Below, in pieces: positions 60,701-64,000 of a stretch of 64,000 nucleotides of DNA. This stretch comes from Ignavibacteria bacterium. Its GTDB lineage: Bacteria; Bacteroidota; Ignavibacteria; Tepidaquicellales; Tepidaquicellaceae. Numbering within the stretch: the first letter of the stretch is position 1; the number at the start of each line of letters is the position of its first letter. The stretch lies in assembly GCA_016710985.1 (NCBI GenBank), contig JADJTX010000015.1, forward strand, positions 63,859 through 127,858, written 5' to 3'. Below the pieces are notes generated by a model, which worked only from the letters and a program-made list of their open reading frames with translations, was not told the DNA's origin and searched no databases. Both the position numbers and the translations under genes were made by a program.

Positions 60701-61798
60701 GGCTGCCGATAACCATTTACCGCTGCTGACAACATTATCAAGCTGTCCTAAATAATTAAATACAATATCCCAGCAGTCTTTTCCTTTGAGCTTTTCATTT
60801 TTATTAATATACTTTAATACTCCGTATCCAAGTCCTTTATCCGGCACACGTCGCAATTGTTCCTTCGTAGATTTAATTTTATCAGACAAATTACTTCCGC
60901 TTTTTATTTCAAGCAGAACAGGGTAAACGCTTGTAAACCAGCCAACCGTCCGGCTTGTATCTGTGTCATCTGAAATATTTTCACGACCGTGTCCTTCCAT
61001 CCCGATTAACACCTTCTCTGTATTTCCCCATTCACATAGAGTCAATGCCAGTGCGCAAAGAAGCATGTCATTTATTTCAGTATGATAAACCCTTGGAACT
61101 TGCTGTAATAAAAATTGCGTCTGAACAGGATCAAGACGCAGAGTCTGAGTTTCAATATCCTTTCCTCTTAATACACCGGTATATTTTTTATCAGCACGTA
61201 AAGGTTCATAACTGACTGCTGCTTCCTCCCAGTATTTTACCTGCGACAATAAGCGTTTGCTCTTACCGTATTGCTCCAGTGCTTCATACCACTGACGGTA
61301 TGAACTGCTCTTAGCACCAAGCTCCGCTTTTCCTTCCTTCTGAATTTCACTCAGTAATAACTCCAGATCTTCAAGTAATATTCTCCAGGATACTCCGTCT
61401 ACAGCAAGATGATGAATCACAATTAATAAACGGTTGTGCGTCTGATTTTCCGGAGTTTGAATCAGTACAAACTTTGACAGCTCTCCTTTTTCAATATCAA
61501 GACTGCGTTGGAATTTTCCCGCATGCTCTCTGACTTCATCAGCAAAAGAGTCTTCCTTTACTGAGCTTAGATCAAGAGTTATTAATGTTCCTTCGTTTCC
61601 CCCGTATGCCTGTCTCCACTCACCGTCTTTATTTGTATAAATGAACCGCAATGCATCATGATGAGAAGTTAACTGTTCTACAGACTTCTTCAATATTTCC
61701 GGAGACACAGATTTTTCAATACATAATAATACACTTTGGTTAAAATGAGAAATATCTGAATCTGTCTCTTCGAAATACCATTGCTGTATAGGCAGCAA
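52721..61798 (-). CDS. NRPS gene 1 fragment: E1-C2-A2(Asn)-T2-C3-A3(Asn)-T3-E3
   Basis: 3025-aa ORF. E motifs HHLAVDGVSWRIL occur twice. C motifs are YHHILIDGWS and LHHIASDGWS. Both A domains carry INEYGPTEATVG or VNEYGPTEATVG. PCPs are GGHSLLA and GGDSIITIQ. It ends at a +1 insertion at about 52,729. Confidence 0.9.
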   Translation of the reverse strand: MLPIQQWYFEETDSDISHFNQSVLLCIEKSVSPEILKKSVEQLTSHHDALRFIYTNKDGEWRQAYGGNEGTLITLDLSSVKEDSFADEVREHAGKFQRSLDIEKGELSKFVLIQTPENQTHNRLLIVIHHLAVDGVSWRILLEDLELLLSEIQKEGKAELGAKSSSYRQWYEALEQYGKSKRLLSQVKYWEEAAVSYEPLRADKKYTGVLRGKDIETQTLRLDPVQTQFLLQQVPRVYHTEINDMLLCALALTLCEWGNTEKVLIGMEGHGRENISDDTDTSRTVGWFTSVYPVLLEIKSGSNLSDKIKSTKEQLRRVPDKGLGYGVLKYINKNEKLKGKDCWDIVFNYLGQLDNVVSSGKWLSAAGESGGPNSGDMRTVSNQLSVNGFVQGGELRLNWSYSSLHYEKETISNLIKKYQSALESLISHCTEQQKTGIVYTPSDYGLGSEINYSELDKFLNEPYRGKARSESVEGIYRLSGIQQGMLFHSLYDGKAGSYINQFQCGLIEPDIEMLKKSWNIGISNHSILRSAFYYDIFRVPVQCVYRNVEIPSEESDYRNYEKDEQEKLLKEYTETDRMKGFDFNSAPLFRMGLLRLSENRYRMLMTYHHILIDGWSIQTLIKEFLNTYELLSSGKEIDAAENDRYEDYIRYIERQDKEKEENFWRNYLNGIENNTLLPFIGTTSDRTKGLGPCKLDILKFETDTAQRINSYAQEHRITLNTLIQGVWFYLLHKYTGSKDIIYGVTVSGRPEDLHGVEKRVGIYINTIPSHATIDESKRVIDWLQEIQYQEASARQYQYTSMMDIQKWTGMQGDLFDSTVTFQNFPMNKFKSADQNLKAENFVINEQNNYPLSLTVISSEKLSVRFSYNSGLLKDEYLKEIQKHFENILLQFIQNEKESLGDVKLLTNEEEHQLLHEFNKITADKAEFRSVVNLFEEQVKKTPNDTAVIFKDRKVTYKELNERSNRLAHYLSSKGVKADSPVFICIEYSVEMINGILGILKAGGAYVPIDPDYPEARIKQMLEDTDTGLIVTNKANRVKFKGNNILVIDEPASQFDDLPAGNLRIDVKENDLAYVIYTSGSTGRPKGVMIEHGNLYNYLVNSVTKYVTDDVNSAGSFLHLSYTFDASVTGIFMPLIHGKSVVISSKQSVNAFEDTNLHKYAPYDFIKITPSHLELLQSKMKTADGKLLTKKLVIGGEALLKSQLSILIEKGIDAEIINEYGPTEATVGCSTYWFNTLRDTEIMNNEIPIGKPIDNVELYILNERDELQPVGIAGELCISGKGLSRGYLNRPELTAEKFSKNPFSEKGERMYRTGDLCRWLPDGTIEYAGRADDQVKIRGYRVELGEIESVLQQCELVNNAVVIAKEDKSGSRRLTAYIVPKNDFEKEAMISYLAQRLPKYMIPSLWSELKSIPLTSNGKIDKKALPDPEITDSVSAGYTEPRNETEAKLAEVWKNVLETDEVGVTDDFFDIGGHSLLAISLISAIRNELGVEIPINDVFDYPTIELLAKRIDNEPETELLPSIEVQQSKPEFIPLSFSQERLWFIDHLGGSTQYHIPAVLRLIGKLNKDALIQSVQTIVNRHEVLRTVFEETDGIVFQKIKEKDEWYLEIQDDFIFEEDNKELNQYIQKLIYTPFDLSKDHMLRAALIRLKEDEHILVVTLHHIASDGWSVSILVKELVELYNSFEESREANLSPLKIQYSDYAIWQRKYLQGVVLENKLSYWKEKLEGVSPLDLPSDFARPAVQSTKGEILNFRLEKELSERIHELSKNSGTTLFMTLLAAFKVLLYRYSSQNDVCVGTPVAGRQLQETEDMIGFFINTIALRSEVKDSIYFDEFLKLLREDTLQAFAHQDVPFEKVVDAVVKDRSLSRSPLFQVMFILQNVPEAEELVLGKLKLSREVTVHSVSKFDLTFSMTETSDGIKGAVEYCSDLFRQDTVERMIIHFKNLLESIVSKPQQRIDSLKMLSESEISKVLAEFNNTKAGYPKIRSFVDLFEESVKINPDVNALIFKDQKMTFKELNKRSNQLAHYLQSKGIGEDSLVPICIERGVEMVIGIIGIMKAGGAYVPVDPDYPEKRIAYILKDTGAAIVLSSKGVREKLSASENTDIDIIEIDGALSDINKQSSKNLKSDIKPGQLAYVIYTSGSTGQPKGVMIEHKNLTSYMLNKKTGYVSNEKSNSGSFLHLSYTFDASLTGMLMPLINGKSIVISSEESLDVFEDKNFMKYAPYDFIKITPAHFELLRTKFSKDNGNVIAKKIVVGGEALLRSQFNYLTEEGIDVNIVNEYGPTEATVGCSVFEFNAKESGEDFKNDIPIGKPIDNVRLYILNDFCEPMPVGIPGEIYIAGEGLARGYLNRTDLTEEKFVKDPFSKEEGARLYRTGDRGRWLADGNIEYLGRIDDQVKIRGYRIELGEIENTLQESGLVRQSVVLARQTSGESKRLVGYVVPDGAFNKEAILNYLNIRLPDYMIPSLWVEMESLPLTQNGKIDKRALPDPDASELISNEYAAPRNETELVLAGIWKELLRVERVGINDNFFELGGDSIITIQVLSRARRMGYELKPKDIFIHQTISGLSAVLAERTASELTAEQGSLTGRSGLLPIQQWYLDGADTDAVSVQDISHFNQSVLLSIDKTVTPEMLGIAVEMLSAHHDALRFIYHKTDGDWIQEYGTEKGVLNLLDLKSAQASSLAEKIKEHAEKYQSSLNIEKGEIAKFVLIETPESETKNRILIIVHHLAVDGVSWRIILDDLELLLNGFTKNEKAELGLKSSSYRQWYEALAEYGKSRRLLSQINYWEETADSYEALKVDKEFTGAVRAKDLESQVMRLDSERTKELLQEVPRAYHTEINDMLLCALAQTICEWGVKDKIVIGLEGHGRESISESSENIDTSRTVGWFTNLYPVLIEPEINKTLSDSIKAVKEQLRRIPDKGLGYGVLKYINKDEKLRDKGNWDVVFNYLGQLDNVVSSGKLFSAAGESKGEDISGEHIVKEKLMINGFVQGGKLTLRWNYSSRHFEKETIAKLTETYKKET

Positions 61799-63006
61799 TC
61801 CGCTCTCCCCGATAGTATGCCTTGCTCACCGGTTACCGCAGATGATGAATGCTCTGCAAGGACCGAAGACAAACCTGCAATTGTCTGATGAATGAAAATA
61901 TCTTTCGGCTTTAACTCATACCCCATTCGACGCGCACGGCTCATTACCTGTATAGTGATTATCGAATCACCTCCAAGCTCAAAGAAGTTGTCATGAATAC
62001 CTACACGCTCTGCACGAAGAAGGTCTTTCCATATCTCAGCAAGTACTCTTTCTGTTTCATTCCTCGGAGCGGTATATTCATTTAATAACAGCCCTGTTAC
62101 TTCCGGATCGGGTAATGCTTTCCTGTCTATCTTTCCGTTTTGTGTTAATGGTAAACTTTCGAGCTCTACCCATATTACAGGTATCATATAATCCGGAAGT
62201 CTCTTGCTCAGATAAGACATTACTGCATCTTTGTCAAAAACACCTTCCGGAACTACATATCCTGTCAGCCTTTTACTGACTTCATTAGTATCATGAGCAA
62301 GAACTACCGCCTGTCTTATTAACTCACATTCCTGAAGCACACTCTCTATCTCTCCAAGCTCAATTCTGTATCCTCTGATCTTTACCTGCTCATCCATTCT
62401 TCCTAGATATTCAATGTTTCCGTCGTGAAGCCGACGTCCTGAATCTCCTGTCCTGTATAATCTTGCACCTTCTTCACTGCTGAAAGGATCTTGGATAAAT
62501 TTCTCCTGCGTTAATTCCGGAAGATTCAAATATCCTCTGGCTAACCCCGCTCCTCCAATACATATTTCTCCGGCTATGCCCGCCGGCTTAAGTGTTTCAT
62601 TTTTTCCCAATATCCGGACAACGGTATTTGATATTGGCTTTCCGATTGGAGGTATTGTATACTTATCTTTTTCTGAAAGCTCATAAAAGGTTGTAACTAC
62701 TGTATTCTCGGTTGGTCCGTAATTATTTACTAATTTATATGGCTCTCCTTCAATATTAACACCGGGCAGCTTATCTCCTCCGGTGAGTAAGTACTGCAGC
62801 GATTTAATTTTTTGTCTCGACGCATTTATGAACTCAGGTACAAGAGCTGTTGGCATGAAACAATGCGTGATCTCATTTGAATTGAATAAATTAAGCAAAG
62901 CCTCAGGGGATATGCGCGTGTCATCATCAATTATATTTAATGAAGCGCCGGCACAAAGATAAGGGAAGATCTCCCATCCGAATGCATCGAAGCCTACTCC
63001 TGACAT
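61690..63006 (-). CDS. NRPS gene 1 fragment: A1 (Leu code, remainder)-T1; true coding part about 61,808-63,068, the last about 35 codons are out of frame
   Basis: GVGFDAFGWEI, NNYGPTENTVV, GEICIGGAGLARGYLN, YRTGD, NGKIDRKALP, PCP FFELGGDSIITIQ. A G5-to-G4 loss at 61,807-61,810 breaks ...GESGLLPIQQWYFEE..., which continues in ORF 52721-61798. Confidence 0.85.
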   Translation of the reverse strand: MSGVGFDAFGWEIFPYLCAGASLNIIDDDTRISPEALLNLFNSNEITHCFMPTALVPEFINASRQKIKSLQYLLTGGDKLPGVNIEGEPYKLVNNYGPTENTVVTTFYELSEKDKYTIPPIGKPISNTVVRILGKNETLKPAGIAGEICIGGAGLARGYLNLPELTQEKFIQDPFSSEEGARLYRTGDSGRRLHDGNIEYLGRMDEQVKIRGYRIELGEIESVLQECELIRQAVVLAHDTNEVSKRLTGYVVPEGVFDKDAVMSYLSKRLPDYMIPVIWVELESLPLTQNGKIDRKALPDPEVTGLLLNEYTAPRNETERVLAEIWKDLLRAERVGIHDNFFELGGDSIITIQVMSRARRMGYELKPKDIFIHQTIAGLSSVLAEHSSSAVTGEQGILSGRADCCLYSNGISKRQIQIFLILTKVYYYVLKNLCLRKY

Positions 63007-63068
63007 TGTAGTTGAACGGCTGGTACCGGTTACTTTGTAAACCCGGTTATGCCATGTAATTAAATTAA

Positions 63069-64000
63069 CTACCCGGAATGTTCTATCATCACACCTTTCG
63101 GCTTGCCTGTTGAACCGGATGTATATATCACGTAAGCAAGATTATCCGGTCTGACTGACCGAAGATTGTCTTTCGGTTGTTTGCTTATTTCTGAAAAGTC
63201 CTTATCTGTTTTTATAATGTTAAGCTCATCTGTAGTCGGCAGCTTTGAACTTATATCATCACTGCTGATCAGTATCTTCGCGCCTGTATTCTCTGTCATA
63301 AACAGAATCCGCTCTTCAGGATAATCCGGATCAATGGGAACATAAGCTCCGCCTGCTTTCAGGATTCCGAATATTGCTATTATCAGATCAATACTTCGTT
63401 CCATGCAAGCAGGTACAAGTGTTTCTTCTTTTACACCTTTGCTCTGTAAATAATTTGCCAGTTGATTTGAACGCTCATTAAGTTCTCTGTATGTTAACTT
63501 CTGATCTTCAGATATTAACGCTATGCCATCCGGTGTTTTTGCTGCCTGCTCTTCAAACAGATCTGTAATACTCCCGTCTTTTGGATATTCAGCAGTTGCA
63601 ATATTGAATTCTGATAAAAGACGCTGTTCCTCATCATCAGTTATCAGCTTAATTTCACTAAGTAAGTTTTTTTCATTCCCGACTATTTGCCTGAAAACAT
63701 TTTCGAAGTGATTCCGGATTGATAATATTTGCTCCTCTTCAAGTAACTCTTTGTTATAGCTGAATCCTATTGTTATCTTATCTGAAATCCCTATGATGAC
63801 TGTCAGCGGATAATTCGACTGCTCACGCATTTGCAGGTTCTCAACACGCAGGCTCCATTTCTTTGACTTTACAATTTCACTTACAGGATAATTCTCAAAC
63901 ACAAGTATAGTATCAAACATATCTCCTTTGATCCCGGTCCATCCCTGAATTTTTTGTAAAGGTGTATATTGAAACTGCCGGGAATGAACCTGATTCTTCT
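63069..64000 (-). CDS. NRPS gene 1 fragment: C-domain C-terminal part plus N-terminal half of A1; upstream end outside the window
   Basis: The frame is open from the listed M (63920) to nt 64000 (...RQFQYTPLQKIQGWTGIKGD-MFDTILVFENYP...). Motifs LTYRELNERSNQLA and LAYVIYTSGSTGKPKG. The TAG at 63069-63071 results from a 1-nt loss. The shifted frame reads LVNLITWHNRVYKVTGTSRSTTMSGVGFDAF. Confidence 0.85.
   Translation of the reverse strand, partial: KNQVHSRQFQYTPLQKIQGWTGIKGDMFDTILVFENYPVSEIVKSKKWSLRVENLQMREQSNYPLTVIIGISDKITIGFSYNKELLEEEQILSIRNHFENVFRQIVGNEKNLLSEIKLITDDEEQRLLSEFNIATAEYPKDGSITDLFEEQAAKTPDGIALISEDQKLTYRELNERSNQLANYLQSKGVKEETLVPACMERSIDLIIAIFGILKAGGAYVPIDPDYPEERILFMTENTGAKILISSDDISSKLPTTDELNIIKTDKDFSEISKQPKDNLRSVRPDNLAYVIYTSGSTGKPKGVMIEHSG

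Noticed and set aside
28318-61215. Many plus-strand ORFs of 60-180 aa inside the NRPS region (for example 46125-46673, 60145-60555, 28701-29036, 35008-35298, 39615-39918, 54107-54410).
   Set aside because: They are antisense shadows of a long, clearly coding minus-strand frame. They are low-complexity (Ser/Leu/Pro/Phe-rich), lack recognisable motifs, and recur only because the NRPS DNA itself is duplicated.
61690-61806. The overlapping ORF tails (61690-61806, 44548-44606, 48593-48645, and the N-terminal extension of 34626-44606, 'MICSRIRLKRHP...') as real overlapping coding sequence.
   Set aside because: The overlapping peptide text (for example ADCCLYSNGISKRQIQIFLILTK..., PSRSCSCF, MPILHYGRGNICKG) has no NRPS homology. 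The other frame continues the expected domain, so these are out-of-frame read-through after 1-nt indels.

Overview
The window is AT-rich bacterial DNA in two opposed blocks.

**Plus-strand block (nt 1-23,760).** It carries housekeeping genes: the etfA 3' end, a BFN-family nuclease, coaX and a YjbQ-family gene. These are followed by a cell-envelope and secretion neighbourhood:
- three large secreted proteins with T9SS-type C-terminal sorting domains
- a CarboxypepD_reg-type TonB-dependent receptor
- a PorV/PorQ-like beta-barrel
- an NHL-repeat lipoprotein
- GT-C-like membrane proteins
- a PLD/HKD nuclease
- an HExxH / beta-propeller / Omp85-like outer-membrane protein

The T9SS tails suggest an FCB-group organism (Bacteroidota or Ignavibacteriota-like). 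That placement is inference.

**Minus-strand block (23,846-64,000).** It starts with rplI-ssb-rpsF and a tRNA-Leu(GAG). About 38 kb of non-ribosomal peptide synthetase (NRPS) follows, running off the window edge, plus a fused ABC exporter.

**NRPS reconstruction.** Stitching the ORF fragments gives two genes.
- Gene 1 runs from beyond 64,000 to 49,415: [C]-A-T-E-C-A-T-C-A-T-E-C-A-T.
- Gene 2 runs from 49,381 to 27,566: dock-C-A-T-C-A-T-C-A-T-E-C-A-T-C-A-T-C-A-T-TE.

Specificity codes read by eye predict ...-D-Leu-Asn-D-Asn-Phe | Val-Asp-(D?)Asn-Asn-Asp-Leu.

**Notable points:**
- The terminal thioesterase has GxCxG (Cys) instead of GxSxG.
- Both Asp-type A domains carry a (His-Lys-Val)n tandem-repeat insertion.
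- Two kb-scale internal duplications built the assembly line.
- One duplicated E domain has its catalytic His replaced by Tyr.

**Sequence quality.** The whole window is riddled with 1-nt homopolymer indels. These are probably sequencing errors. Three base-substitution stop codons were found, and all lie in NRPS gene 2 or the ABC gene.

No CRISPR array, transposase, integrase or rRNA was seen.
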